Below are positions 27,940 through 41,699 of a DNA stretch of 64,000 nucleotides, in pieces (the first letter of the stretch is position 1; each line of letters starts with the position of its first letter). The notes beneath the pieces were generated by a model. That model saw only the letters and a list, made by a program, of their open reading frames with translations, did no database searches and was not told the DNA's origin. This DNA comes from Octopus sinensis. Its lineage: Eukaryota. The DNA lies in contig NC_043024.1 of NCBI RefSeq assembly GCF_006345805.1, positions 7,068,001 through 7,132,000 of the forward strand, written 5' to 3'. The translations under genes were made by a program, and so were the position numbers.

Positions 27940-28495
27940 GTGGTATGTCTGGAAAGTTCGTGCCGAATTTTTAGGAAAGGAAAGGGGCAATAAATACTTG
28001 CCATTGCATTTTTAATCAACCACATGTGAACCATTTTGTTGCACAATGCGTCTCCATCTTTCCCTTACCTTGAAAATACCCTCTTCCCAGAATTGAGGTG
28101 CTTTCATGGCAAAGAATTCATCAAGGTATCTTTTTACGTCATCAAAGGAATTGAAATTTTTACTATTCTGCAGAGACATGAATAAGTGGAAATCCGAAGG
28201 ATTAATATCTGGTGAATATGGAGGGTGGGGTAACACATCCCAGCCGAGCTGCAGCAATTTTTGTCTGGTTCCCAAAGCATCAAGTGCCGAAAATGAACTT
28301 TCTTATCTTCCATTTTAAAGGGTTACAGAATTAACACAGGTTATAGGAACATAAACCTTCTTCCACGAAAAGATAGCTTAAACTCTGCTCTAAATGGAGG
28401 TGTAGTCAAATCCTATTTTATGAACTCAACCATGTTCTAAAATAAGTGGAAAGGTAAGCTGCTATAAATCGGCACCAACTTTCCAGACAACCCAA
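27940..28495 (-). mobile_element. Duplicate of the deleted mariner element
   Basis: As 26205-26761. Confidence 0.9.
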
Positions 28496-29227
28496 TATAT
28501 ATATAACATATGGTATAATTATAAACGACAAATTTTAGCTATCTCTCCGTAGGCTGAAAAAATGAAGAACAACATGTGTGTGTGTATATATATATATATA
28601 GACATATACATACATACATACATACATACATACATACATACATACATACATACATACATACATACATACATGTATATATGTATATAAATATACACAAGAT
28701 TAGGTAACTAAATACTTTAGTCTTGCGTTGTAAATGTACTTCGTGACCTTCCCATTTTTAGATATTAAAGTTGAATCTGTATGGTTGGTACGGATCTGCG
28801 CATGGTGTTTTATAACTTCTGAGTCATGGGTGTAGCCAGAACATACGTCTCAAGAACATTTCACTTTTGATGATTGTAAAAAGTAAAAGAAAATGCTTAA
28901 TGATGAAGACATTATCACGAAACGTCGCAAAAGACTTTTTAACTTCTCGCTCCAAATGGCTGATAGTTCGTTTAAAGTTAAACACCAGAGTTTGTTATAA
29001 AGATGAATATCAGAAGTTGCTGTGAAAAGAACCGAGCTGTGCTCTAAATGTAGACAGTGCCTGAAAGGAAATGTGTTCTGCTTTACGCGCATACACAAAC
29101 ACGCCCATATACACATACACATGCGCATGCACGTACTCACACGGAAACATAGCCACATACTCAAATATATAGTCACACACAATAAACGTGGCTGGCATGG
29201 GTGTCAATAAGTTTTATTATGAACATT

Positions 29228-29283
<56 letters not shown>

Positions 29284-29685
29284 TTGCCTGCCTGTCTGCC
29301 TGTCTAACTCCTAACTTTACTTGCCCACCCATCTATCTATTTATAGGCACAAGCAGACGTGCTAAGATGTTTGCTTCTCAACCACGTGGCCCCGGGTTCT
29401 GTCCCACTTTGTGGCCCCTTGGGCAAGTGTCTTCCACTATAGACTCGGGCTGACCAAAGCTCTGTGAGTGGATTTGGTTGACGGAAACCAAAAGAAGCAA
29501 GTCGTATATATATATGTATGTATATATATATATAGGTTAAAGGGTAAATACCTCCTTCGGTCATGAATGACCATGGGAATGCATTGCACCTAGAAAGTTC
29601 CTCTCCAAGGTACAAATCTGGGCAAGTCTGTTCGTGGAAGACCAGCAGTCACCCATGCATACCAGCCTCCCCTCTCCACACCAAT

Positions 29686-29845
29686 GATATACATACATGT
29701 ATAACATATGCTTTACATATAAAATATATTAATATATAAAAAGATACCAGTAATTATCAATATATATATATATATTGATAATTACTGATATCTTTATATA
29801 TTAATATATTTTATATGTAAAACATGTTATACATGTATGTATATT
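29686..29845. repeat. ~160-bp AT-rich near-perfect palindrome centred on (TA)n
   Basis: ...CAGTAATTATCAA(TA)nTTGATAATTACTG... arms seen directly. Confidence 0.85.
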
Positions 29846-29945
29846 CCTGTAATTGTCATTTTAGTAAATAAATAAATAAGTTAACATAATATAATGTCTA
29901 AAAGTTGATGAACCACCTATTGATCCCTCCATTTTCTTATTGCTC

Positions 29946-30024
<79 letters not shown>

Positions 30025-30148
30025 GTCTCTCTCTCTCTATATATATATATGAGTAGTATACATACACCGATATATATTTTGATTCGTATTAAACGGTATA
30101 TATGTGGTTATTATATCTTAATAGGTGTTGTGCCTGATGACTTTAATA

Positions 30149-30366
30149 CGAAAGGGTGCTGAAAAGTTCCTGGCTTTAAGGGTATCACGAAAGGTCTGGT
30201 GGGAGACCCAACGTTCCGAGTTCTTCTACAGGGCTTAGAAAACCCGAATTGACCGCTGCAATAAATGTATGAATCTGAAAGGGGAATACGTTGAATAAAA
30301 TCACAATTAACCGATCCACCTGTATTTTCCTTTGCCCAAAGTCAAGAACTTCCCAACACTCGGTCG
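30149..30366 (+). mobile_element. mariner-derived MITE
   Basis: TA flanks, TIR GCTGAAAAGTTCCTGGCTTT, residual KCMNLKGEYVE-stop; second copy at 49995-50222. Confidence 0.8.
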
Positions 30367-30674
30367 TATTTGTAACTCTGCTGTTCTATTAATTGGTTTA
30401 TTAGTTTGTTGTCTTTCCGTTGATTTCTTTACCATGTGCTCCGTTTGTAGGGGAGTATTTAAAGTCCATTCTAAGGAGGGAGTATACTGCAGAAGGCAGG
30501 GGTGTTTACAGAAGCAGACGTTCTTGCCTTAATGTAACTGTATACATTTATTTGCATATAGTCACAGGATGGCTTTGGGAACTTTACTGTTCCAAACAAA
30601 CTTGAAGGAACTCACATGAAAATATGGCAAAACTTGATAAAGATAAAACTGGAGCACAGTCGTGTATCCAATAC

Positions 30675-31155
30675 AATATGTCTAGAAGGCATCGACTAAA
30701 CAATTTACTTTTCAAATTTGAAAGGGCCCCGGATCAAGCGAATAGTTTAGGATTCTAGCTCTTTCGTCCAAGCAAAGTTTGTATTGTCTGCTCCCATTGA
30801 AGTATGATCCAAACTGTTTCAAGAACATCCTTTTTCCTGTATAACTTGTTCTCTTTTTTTAAACGTCATAAGTAGTCGGGCAAAATGTGACGGTGCGCCT
30901 CTCTGGAATCTTAAAAGTGAACCTGTGATTATTTAGTCGCAGCTTAAAGGAGACCTCCGTTGGTCCAAAATGTTTCCGTGCAGACGATGCAAATTTTGTT
31001 TGGTCGAGACGGCAAGGATCCTAAACAATTCGCTCGACCCGGTATCTTTCTTAAATTCCAAAAGCGAGCTGTATGGTTGTACTTCCGGGAGAGAAAATTC
31101 ATGTTGAAGACATAGACTTGCCCGCTTGCTACAAGCGAACGGAAATAATATATAA
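30675..31155. mobile_element. Penelope-like element remnant: GIY-YIG endonuclease end on the minus strand plus inverted copy on the plus strand
   Basis: Minus: HFGPTEVSFKLRLNNHRFTF...NGSRQYKLCLDERARILN; plus: RRCKFCLVETARILNNSLDPVSFLNSKSELYGC. Confidence 0.75.
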
Positions 31156-31502
31156 ACTGACCGTTTCCCGACACAACTGGACTCTCGCACAGAAGGGGTT
31201 TTCACTTCGGAGATTTTCATTTCAGAGCCTTCCTTTCATGATCTTGCTGACCATGTCTGTGTTCTTACCTCCATTTGTAAAGAGGTTATATGCCTCCGGC
31301 CAGCTTGTCTGGTGTTTCGCCCATATTTCAATGAATAATAATAGACGAGGCACCAATGTCAACATTCTGACCGGTCAAGCCATAACCAACGGTTACATAT
31401 AATATATGCTGTGGAAATAATATATATCTACCCGACAATTTGCTTGGCGTTCTACTTATGTTTATTCTTTGTTACATACTCACAACACATATACATACAT
31501 AT

Positions 31503-31544
<42 letters not shown>

Positions 31545-32266
31545 TCAGTCACACACACGCACGCACACTCACACACACATATGGATTGATGTATATATAT
31601 TTATATGCATATATATATAGATATTTATTTATAGTTATATCTATATATTTGAAGAAAGATTCTTTTGAATAAAAAATTGTTAATCATGTAAATATTTTCA
31701 AAATAACAAAATGACCCGAACATTTTCGAAGTAATTTTTTTTTTATTGTGTTAAGCGCTTTTGATGTTTAAAGCTTTTTAGACACACATGCGATAGAATT
31801 ATCCCCGTAACACGTGTATTTGAAAAGTTTTGAACATTGAAGACGCATGCATAATACAAAAACGTCCAGTCCATCCATAAGGCTCATGTCAGTCTATTTT
31901 CGTAAGATATTTTCATATAACTTATAATTTTTAATTTAAAAGAAAATCTTTCTTCAAATGTTGTGACTATCAAGAATCCTTCTCAAAAACCGTTATTAAA
32001 TACACACACACTCGCTCACACATTTACTCATCATCATGCGCACACTTCACCCCACCACACAAGTGCGTACATAAGGCTGATATATAATACACGTAATCCA
32101 GTTCGAGATATGTTGTTGTAAATTTATTGCTGTCTCCAGTTGTACGAGAGGAAACATTTCGACTTTGCAACAAACAGGTAAGAAACATGATTCTGAAAGA
32201 TATTCCAGTGAAAATATATATTAAATAGATAAATATAAAGTAAGTAGGTACAGCAATGGTAATAAA

Positions 32267-32318
<52 letters not shown>

Positions 32319-32540
32319 GTAATAATAATAATATTAATAATAATAATAATAATAAATACAAATGAATGAATAAATTGTAGGAATGGGTGGGGTGCGGGGG
32401 CGGGAATTTCTTGTTCAGAGATGAAGAGATCTTGAGGTGAGAGAGAGAGGGGAGGGGGGAGGGGGGGAGAGGTTTGCAGACAGTGGAAGAGAGAGAAAGG
32501 ACAGAGAAGGAGAGAGAACAACAGCGAGAGAGAAAGCGAC

Positions 32541-32591
<51 letters not shown>

Positions 32592-32818
32592 CAACTGACA
32601 GAGAGAGATAGCAACTGAAAGACAGAGAGAGAGAGAAAGGGAGAAGGAGAGAGAGAAGGAGAGAGAGAAGGAGAGAGCTGGAGGAAAAGAAAACGAAGGG
32701 AAATTGGGGACAATAGAGGGAACTGGAGGCGAGAACGGGGCGGAGGGGCGCATGAGGTGCGGGTGAGGTAAGAGAGGCTAGAAAACATGAACAGGTAGTA
32801 GTAGTAGTAGTAGTAGTA

Positions 32819-32854
<36 letters not shown>

Positions 32855-33339
32855 TAGTAGTAGTATAAGACTGGAAGAAGGAGGAGAAGAGGAGAGGAGA
32901 AGGAAGGGAAGAAAAATAGATCAGAGAAGTAGAAGAGAAAGAAGAAGAGGAGAAGGTGTGGAGGATGAGGAAGGAGGAGGAGAAGAAGAGAAAGAAGAGA
33001 GAGAAGAAAAAAAGAAGAGAAAGAAGAAGTATGAAATTGATGTAAAGACGAGAAGAATGTGGCGAAGAGCAAATGTGGATTGACAGACATCTGACAGACA
33101 AGAAAAACAGACAGACAGACAGACAAATAGATAGATAGATAGATAAAGACGTAGTAGTAGTAGTAGTAGTAGTAGTAAGTAGTAGTAGTAGTAGTAGTAG
33201 TAAAAAAGTAGAGGTACAAGAAAAAAGTAGAAATAGACAGCAGAGAAAGAAATGAGAGAACATATTTATATATAAATATGTGTGCGTATGGGAGAGTCTG
33301 TGTGCTTATAATGTACCAAGGTTCACAGGACAGTGCCAG

Positions 33340-33399
33340 ATACGAAATATATATATATATACATACATACATACATACATATATACATACACATACATG

Positions 33400-33450
<51 letters not shown>

Positions 33451-33523
33451 TCATACATATATATATGTATATATATATAATACATATATATATATATGTA
33501 TAAACATATATATATAAATATTT

Positions 33524-33594
<71 letters not shown>

Positions 33595-33681
33595 CATGTA
33601 TGTGTATGTATATATGTATTTATATATACATACACATACATGCATATATATATGCATGTATGTGTATGTATATATGTATAT

Positions 33682-33725
<44 letters not shown>

Positions 33726-34019
33726 GTGTGTGTGTGTGTATGTATATATATATATAGATACACACACATATATGTATATATATGAATATACATATATATG
33801 TACATATTCATATATATGTATATATATATATGTATATATAAATATATATATGTATATATATATATACATATATTCATACGTATATATATTTATACATTTA
33901 TACATACATACAAACATATATATATATACATTCATGCGTGTATATATATGTGTGTGTATGTGCGTGTTCATACATACATGCATATATATATATGTATATA
34001 TATACTCATGCATACATGC

Positions 34020-34088
<69 letters not shown>

Positions 34089-34270
34089 CTCATACATAGA
34101 CGCATGCATATATATATATTCATGCATGCACAATATATGCATGTATATATTTTTTGCATGTGTGTATTTGTCAGTGTGCGTATATGATTGCAAGTATATG
34201 TATATGCATGCGGATATGTCGTGTGTGTTTGTGTGCATGAATATGTGTGTGTGTGTGGATGTGTGTGTGC
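33340..34270. repeat. Long compound (TA)n/(CA)n/(TACA)n microsatellite field
   Basis: Seen directly; similar fields at 8066-8395, 58593-59100 and 60110-60590. Confidence 0.95.
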
Positions 34271-34535
34271 GCGCGCACGTGTGTAATCCTAACAGTCAAC
34301 GGCATTCTGTGTCGTCTGCTCGCCAATGGTGGTACGTTGTCCATAATCACATAATCAAATATGGCGTTCTGTCCAGACACCCGTTGTCCCCCGCGTCGCT
34401 GTTTTTCATGGCAAAAACCCTTTCATACGTTGATCTTGGTAGTGGTGTACTGGAAAAGAAGAAGAGAATATATATATATATATTTATATTTATATAAATT
34501 CTAAAATGAAATAAATATAACACTATTGTGTAATA

Positions 34536-34900
34536 CTAGACGAACCCGTGAATATTTCACGGAATTAACGTTAAACTTATTGGGTTATTTCTGAAAACTT
34601 TAACTAAAAAGCCTGAAAGTGTATCCTGCATCATGTCTCTATCGACAGATTGTCCCTCATCTGCTGCTCATTGAAAAGTGAAAAGCAATTGGAATACGAT
34701 GATTCCTTAATGCACTTTATATACTTTATGCACAATTTTATAGACACAGCACTCAAAAGTTAAATATTCACTCTTATTTTCCCATTTATCCCACAAACAA
34801 ACAAACAAAAAAAAAACAAAACAATCCCGTACATGATACAACCTTTAGTTATACTGTATATATCTTCCACGTAAATAAGCGTGAATATTTCCCGGAATTG
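34536..34900 (-). mobile_element. Non-autonomous Helitron 3' end
   Basis: Hairpin CCGTGAAATATTCACGG 6 nt before terminal CTAG|T on the minus strand; second hairpin copy near 34880. Confidence 0.65.
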
Positions 34901-36023
34901 CAATTATGCGCATGCGTTAAGTGAAAAGTGATATCTCTATATATAAAAAAAAACTTAGCTCAATTTAAATGAACACACTTTTCACTATCCAGTCACTACT
35001 ACCACCACCACCACCACCATCACCACCACCACTACTACCCTCACCACCACCGCCACTACCACCACGTTCACCATCACCAACTTCACCACCTCCATCTCTA
35101 CCACAATCATCATCATCATCTCTCTCTCTCCCTTCTCTCACCTCGCTCTTCACCTTATCCTTTTTTTCTCTCTCCTTTTCTTTATCCTCTCTTTCCCTTC
35201 AACTAATCACGTGAAAGCGTTACCGTCGGGCTAAGTAACGCAATGACAAGCAGAATAAGGTACACACACTTTAAAATGTCTCAATTATTACTACAAGTTT
35301 CGGTTACAAATTTAATTGATAATAACTCCGATATATCATAATTTATGGATCAGCAGGCAATATCTTGAGGGAGTAAAATATTCATCCGTCATCTTTGAAT
35401 GATACCACTTTTGTCATGCGCGAAAGACATTCTTCATTGGATGGTGTATATTCTATTGTTATCATACAATTAAAGAGGTGAGCTGGCAGAAACGTTAGCT
35501 CACCGGGCGATGTGCTTAGCGGTATTTCACCCATCTGTACGTTCTGAGTTCAAATTCTGCCGAGGTCAACTTTGCCTTTCCTCCTTTCGGGGTCGATAAA
35601 TTAAGTACCAGTGAGATGATGAAGTTGGTGTAATTGACTGACTTATTCCCTCCACCAAATTTGCTGCCCTTGTGGCAAAATTTGAAACCATTATTATCAT
35701 ACAATTAATCAGTTATTCCCCTTCCTTAAGTATTTCGCTCGTAACGGGACCGACTCTGTCCAGAGACATACCTGCCTGTCTGTCTCTTTCTCTCTCTCTC
35801 TCTCTCTCTCTATTTATCCTTCTGTCTGTCTACCTGTCCGTCTGTTTCTCTCTACCCCCTCTATCTATATATATATATAGATCTTTCTAGTAATCTGTCT
35901 TTTTGCTTTTCTCTCTCCCCCTGTCTCTCTTTCTGCCTGTCACTCTGTCTGTCTCTCTTTTTCTCTCTCTCTTTCTTTCTGTCTGTCTCTCTTTCTCTCT
36001 CTCTCCCTCTATCTATCTATCTA

Positions 36024-36061
<38 letters not shown>

Positions 36062-36148
36062 CCTGTCTAATTTTTTAAAATACGAAAATCTAAACGTGCG
36101 TTCAGGAACAAAACAGAGGAGACCCAATCACACACGCATGCATATATA

Positions 36149-37001
36149 CGAGGTCTGATCAATAAGTATCCGGACTGTTGCCATAATAACGAAGCTAAAG
36201 CACGCAGAGTGAAGCCGCTCGGCAAAGATTGACCTGTGCACGTGCATTGAGTTTTAACGTTCTTGCTCACTTCCGCTGTTTACAGCAATGCTTGGAAGGA
36301 AGCTGTGTAGCGTATGATCATCGCATTGACAATGCAATACCTGCTCGGAGACCTACGCAATGTTGCAGAAAGCGCATGGAGAGGAGTGCATGAACCGCAA
36401 CCAAGTGTACGAATGGGTCAAACGTTTCCAAGAGGGCCGAAAAAATGTCCATATTGACGAACGTTCTAGGAGACCGCTAACCAGCAGAACAGAAAAACAT
36501 CGCAGATATGCATGTAGCTGTGAGAAGAAATCGTCAAATCAGCATCCATGAGCTATCAGGTGATGTGCCGATTAGTTACGGTTCAGTTCAGTCCATCATC
36601 ACTGAAGATTTGGGTATGAGACGCATGTCTGCCAAGTTTGTGCCAGAACTGTGTTCAGCTGACCAACAAGACATTCAGGTTTTAGTTGCACAAGATCTCC
36701 TTGAATGTGCCGAGAACAATGAAAACTTTTTGAAATCTTCGCATAGGCATCTAAGCAGGTATCGCCAAGCTTTTGGCAAATTTTGATACAGATTCTCTGC
36801 TGAACTTTCTCTGTCATGGTCAATGCGACGATCACACGCTACACACCTTCCTTCCAAGATCTGCTATAAACAACGGAAATAAGCTAGACTATTAAAATCT
36901 AATACGCATGCACAGTAGAGTTCAAGGTCAATCTGTGCCAAGCGGCGTCACTCTGCGTGCATTAGCTTCGTTACTATGGCAACAGTCCGGATACTTATTG
37001 A
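36149..37001. mobile_element. mariner-derived element made of two inverted 5' ends
   Basis: Plus: YEWVKRFQEGR...DERSRRP, AKFVP; minus: MTEKVQQRICIKICQKLG; inverted ends extend well beyond the TIR. Confidence 0.85.
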
Positions 37002-37289
37002 ACACACACATACATACATGCGCGCATTCATACATACACACACACACACATTAAAGATACCTATAACTGGTCTTCGGATCCTAATGGCTGTTGGTCTCTG
37101 ACTTTTCTTATGCATGTCATAGGGAAGAGAGATCATAGGCCACCAGCCTTTAGAGGTCTGAATAAACGCCGTAAAGCTAAGCGTTTTATGGACGTGAAAA
37201 CCAAAGTAACCCCGTAGACCGGCCATAGTCATCTTTATCTAATTACTTTATAACTTAGAGAGTGCTTCTCTTTCGGATTTGATTGACTG

Positions 37290-37358
<69 letters not shown>

Positions 37359-39222
37359 TTGCGCGTGTGTAGTATCCCCGATTGCATATCCTGTTCATTT
37401 TAACCTATATAACACAATACTTCAACTCGCATGTATGACTTAACTACGCTCTCCATTGCATAAACTTCCAACATATAACGGAGTAGGTTTCATGTTAAAG
37501 AGAGATAAGTCTTCCAAGCAAGTAATTGTTTTTCTTTTTCTTTCACTAATCAACTAAAATAATGTAACGCTAAAACAAAAGCAAACAAAATAATAATAAT
37601 AATAACAATAATAAAAGAATGAGTTAAAAACCGATAGATAAATCGAAACTGATTGCATTCGATGTATTCCCCCATAACCTTGGATAGTTTCCAACCAGGC
37701 CGGTAACACTAAACAACACAATATACAATAAAAATAGATGAAAGCTCAGATTAAAGAGTCTAAAGCTATTTGGAAATCAGAGGAAAAAATCGGAATTTTA
37801 TTACTATGAGTAAACCATTCCTCTGAAGAATTTGTAATGGGTTACGAATATAGGAATACATACAGAAATTCCAACGAAATAGCCATCAGTTCTTGACTAC
37901 AGGTGAAGACCAAGCTTAAATGGAAGCGAGTTAAATTTTTAGAAATAAAATAAACTATATGTTATACATACCGCAATGCTACTGACCGTTCATTACCTGT
38001 TTTACAACCCCCCACTCATATATATGCATGTATGTATGTATGTATGTATGTATGTATGTATGTATGTATGTATGTATGTATGTATGCATGTATGTTGAAA
38101 CTATTATGACATTTGCCTGCTTGACAACTGACGAGGGGTTCAGCATACTTCCTCCGTTCATTAGTGTTTCTTTTCGTTCTTCTCGTAATCTCCCTTTATT
38201 TTTATTGCACTTTCGCGCTGCCTTTTCAATTTACACCTATAGTAGACTGCACTTGGAGACAATATGATCAATGGTTTCATTTCGTTGTTGACATACATAC
38301 ATGCATGCATGAATGCATACATGCATGTATGCATGCATGCATTTATATAGGTGTAAATTTATGTAGGTGTAAACATACATGAATGTATGTATGCATACAA
38401 GTATGTATGTACACATACATGCATACACACATATATGCACATATACATATATACATACTTGCATTCATACATAGAGAGAGTATAATATAAATATACCCAC
38501 ATGTACAGATATATATATATCAGTACATATACACTGAAGCAAACATCCCTTAGTATATTACTTCCGATCATCACATATACACATCTACTCATCCCGCATT
38601 GTAATCCTATGCCACTTCTCCTGTAGTTCCAAGGTCAAGAAAATCGGTGAAACAGCGCTTCGCTGATGTGGCCTAATAAAACCGAAACTTCAGTGTTAAA
38701 GGTCGGAATCACTTTTTACTGCGTTCTGATAATTTTAATTCATTCAAATTTCAGGATTACTTCCCTTGCATTTTTTTTTTAACATGATATATTTTCTCAT
38801 AATTAAATGTGCAATTTTCATTAAGGATTGTTACATGACTTATGTAACTACGTCACCTTTACTATTCCGTTCACAGCTGGCACAACACGACGACCGTGGC
38901 TCAACGGCTGTGAAATATGAATCTAAAGGCAATGCTAGACAGCTTAAGATCCCGGGGGAAATAATTTTTATGATATTGTCATGATATTTATATATTTTTT
39001 TTGTAAAAAATGAATGGTTGTGATGTTTATGACTTTTCTAATATCTGTAGAAAATGCTAGAGTTATGAAAATTCAATACTTACAGGACTATCTCCCGCTT
39101 CTCCTCGGTTATAAGCTGGAAAAGAAAATTGAGTGAAATTTGAATTATATACAAATATGCCAAAAAAAAAAACACCGCCGTCACCATCACCACCTCCACC
39201 GCCACCACCTACCACCACCGCT

Positions 39223-39265
<43 letters not shown>

Positions 39266-39285
39266 CCACCACCATCACCACCACC

Positions 39286-39319
<34 letters not shown>

Positions 39320-39378
39320 TTATCATCATCATCATCATCATTATTATTATTATTATTATTATATTATTATTATTATTG

Positions 39379-39879
39379 AGTGAGAGAGCAATGTATGCCT
39401 TCAAAGTGACCCATCATGACTACCCGCCTGATAAGGGTACACTTGGCACATGCATCACAACCATATGTGCGCGACATGGTGATCTCATATGAAGATAAAC
39501 AGCACATGATCTTGCAGGTGGGGCCCAGTTAGAATTTTCTTGTGGTCGAGTAACCCATCCTGCTCAAAAGGTCCCTGAATAAGAGTTATTTAAGGATGTT
39601 GAACGAACCACCCATGTTTCCAAAGGTGAATTATTCAAAACCCAAAGGATTCCTCTCAACACATGGCTATGATGCTCCCCTACTACTTCTGCTCGTGATC
39701 AGAGATGCACATATCGTCAGCCACTAAAGTCAAGCAACTGACAAGCGAATCTGTGGTATTGAGCAGAATATTTACTGTAGCCCATCTTTTATACCAAGAC
39801 AAAACAATGTACATGATAACACTTCCAATCAGTTAAGATGAGAAGCCATGAAAGCCACTGCCTGTTACTGCATCAGGGC

Positions 39880-39882
<3 letters not shown>
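39379..39882. mobile_element. Non-coding ~0.5-kb interspersed element found only inside (TTA)n tracts
   Basis: Copies at 52481-52989 and 53045-53357; no tRNA head, TIR or ORF recognised. Confidence 0.75.
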
Positions 39883-39945
<63 letters not shown>

Positions 39946-39957
39946 TATTTTTTTAAA

Positions 39958-40014
<57 letters not shown>

Positions 40015-40033
40015 TATTATTTATTTTTTAAAA

Positions 40034-40066
<33 letters not shown>

Positions 40067-41614
40067 CCATATTTGACTTTTGCTTTACATTTGCACAAGC
40101 TGGCGCCAAGTCTCACCCAGAGACCTCAAGAGACAACAGGCTGGAAGTTCGTGTTGGTGTTATGCTTAGGGTGCCATATATTTGGTTTTGTACTTAGTGT
40201 TGTACTAGTGAATGCCAAAAAAAAAACATACGAAAATTATGTTTGTTTTAAAACTTGAGATTACATAGAAAGTATTTTGCGTAGGATATGAGCAGTTCCT
40301 ACGAGCACTATCTTTTGAATTTCTGCCATTTTTGGGTTTCCTGGTATCTGAGTTAGGTAGCAATCAGCCCCTTTTTCTATCATTCCCAGGGCACCTATGA
40401 CAACAGGCACTGTTCTAGTCTTCAGGTTCCACATTTTGCTGATTTCTATTTCAAGATCTTTATATTTGCTCAGTTTTTGGTAGGTCTTGACAGATACGTT
40501 TATGTCGATTGGGACAGTCATATCAATGAGGAGGCATGTTCTTTGTCTGAAGTCTTTCAATATGATGTCTGGCCTATTTGCATCTATTTTTCTGTCAGTT
40601 TGAATGGTGAAGTTCCAGAGGAGTGAGATGTGGTCATTTTCAAGCACTGGAGGTTGTTTGTGTTCCCACCAGTTTTTATGATGGGGCAAGTTCAGGCTTT
40701 TGCAAATTACCCAGTGAATATATTGTGCAGCTCTATCATGCCTGTTGAGATACTCTGTAGGCGCTAGAAGACTGTACTTGGAGACAATATGATCAATGGT
40801 TTCATTTCGTTGTTGACATACACGACATGTTGGGCTACTGCCGTTCTTTAATATGTCGGCCTGGTAGTTCCTTGTAGGTAGGCATTGATCTTGAGCTGCT
40901 ATGATAAACCCTTCTGTTTCAGATTTTAAGCCAGAGGCCATTAGCCATTGATAGATCAGGGCTTTGTCAACATTTGCATTATTCGCTCTCTGGGTATTTG
41001 CCATTGAGAGGTTTTTCTTGCCATTTATCATTCAGAATATCTAAGGCAGCAGTTTTAGCGCTTAGCTTTTTCTGTGCTTATTTCTTAGATATTCCTTTGC
41101 CTGTTTTGTTACTGAGTATGATGCTTTCTTGTTTTCATGTTTTGAGACAAGTTTTAACATTCAGTCCTCAGAGTTTTTCAGGTAGGTGTCTAGGCCAATT
41201 GTAGCAATCTTCATTGTTATTGCCAGTTGCAAAAGACCACGGCCTCCCTCTTTTCTTGGCAGATAGAGTCGTTCTGTATCTGCCTTAGGGTGGTGCATTC
41301 TATGCATTGTCAACAGTTTTCGTATTTTTCTGTCAAGATTACATATTTCAGTAATTGACCAGTTAACGATATTGAAACTGTAAGTCACGACTGGTATGGC
41401 TAAAGCATTGATCGCTTCGATCCTGTTTCTCGCATTCAGCTCTGTCTTGAGTATTGCTCTTACTCTGCGATAACATTCCCTCCTGATCCTTTCCTTCATC
41501 ACTGAATGCCTTATTCCGTCCCCTTCAATTACCCCTAGGTACTTGTAGCTCTCCGCTGGGTCTAGTTCTTTTATGACATTTTGCTGGTCAAGGTAAACGT
41601 TAGATGTTTCTATC

Positions 41615-41616
<2 letters not shown>
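40067..41616 (-). mobile_element. 5'-truncated RLE-type (R4/Dong-like) LINE: RT C-terminus, zinc knuckle, restriction-like endonuclease, 3' UTR
   Basis: YKYLG, RLYLPRKEGGRGL, CRVC..ETIDHI, RPDII..LIDMTVP..KLSKYKDL; (TTA)n on both sides. Confidence 0.95.

Positions 41617-41699
<83 letters not shown>

Larger units (their letters stand above)
25201..28670. repeat. Near-identical tandem duplication, unit ~1.75 kb (25201-26956 / 26957-~28670)
   Basis: Same SINE pair and mariner element twice; differences are single-base indels and microsatellite lengths. Confidence 0.95.

Noticed and set aside
28847-29060. Minus-strand exon-like segment with AG/GT ends (similar ones near 21323 and 32183)
   Set aside because: The frames I checked hit stops; splice-like words are common by chance in AT-rich DNA, so no support without RNA data
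32024-34497. Long ORFs of 238-383 aa
   Set aside because: Translations of (TA)n, (GA)n, (TAG)n and (TAA)n microsatellites; no protein signal
38625-38700. Plus-strand terminal exon VPRSRKSVKQRFADVA* or degenerate hammerhead CTGATGT...GAAAC
   Set aside because: Too short, no linked upstream exons, core and stems imperfect
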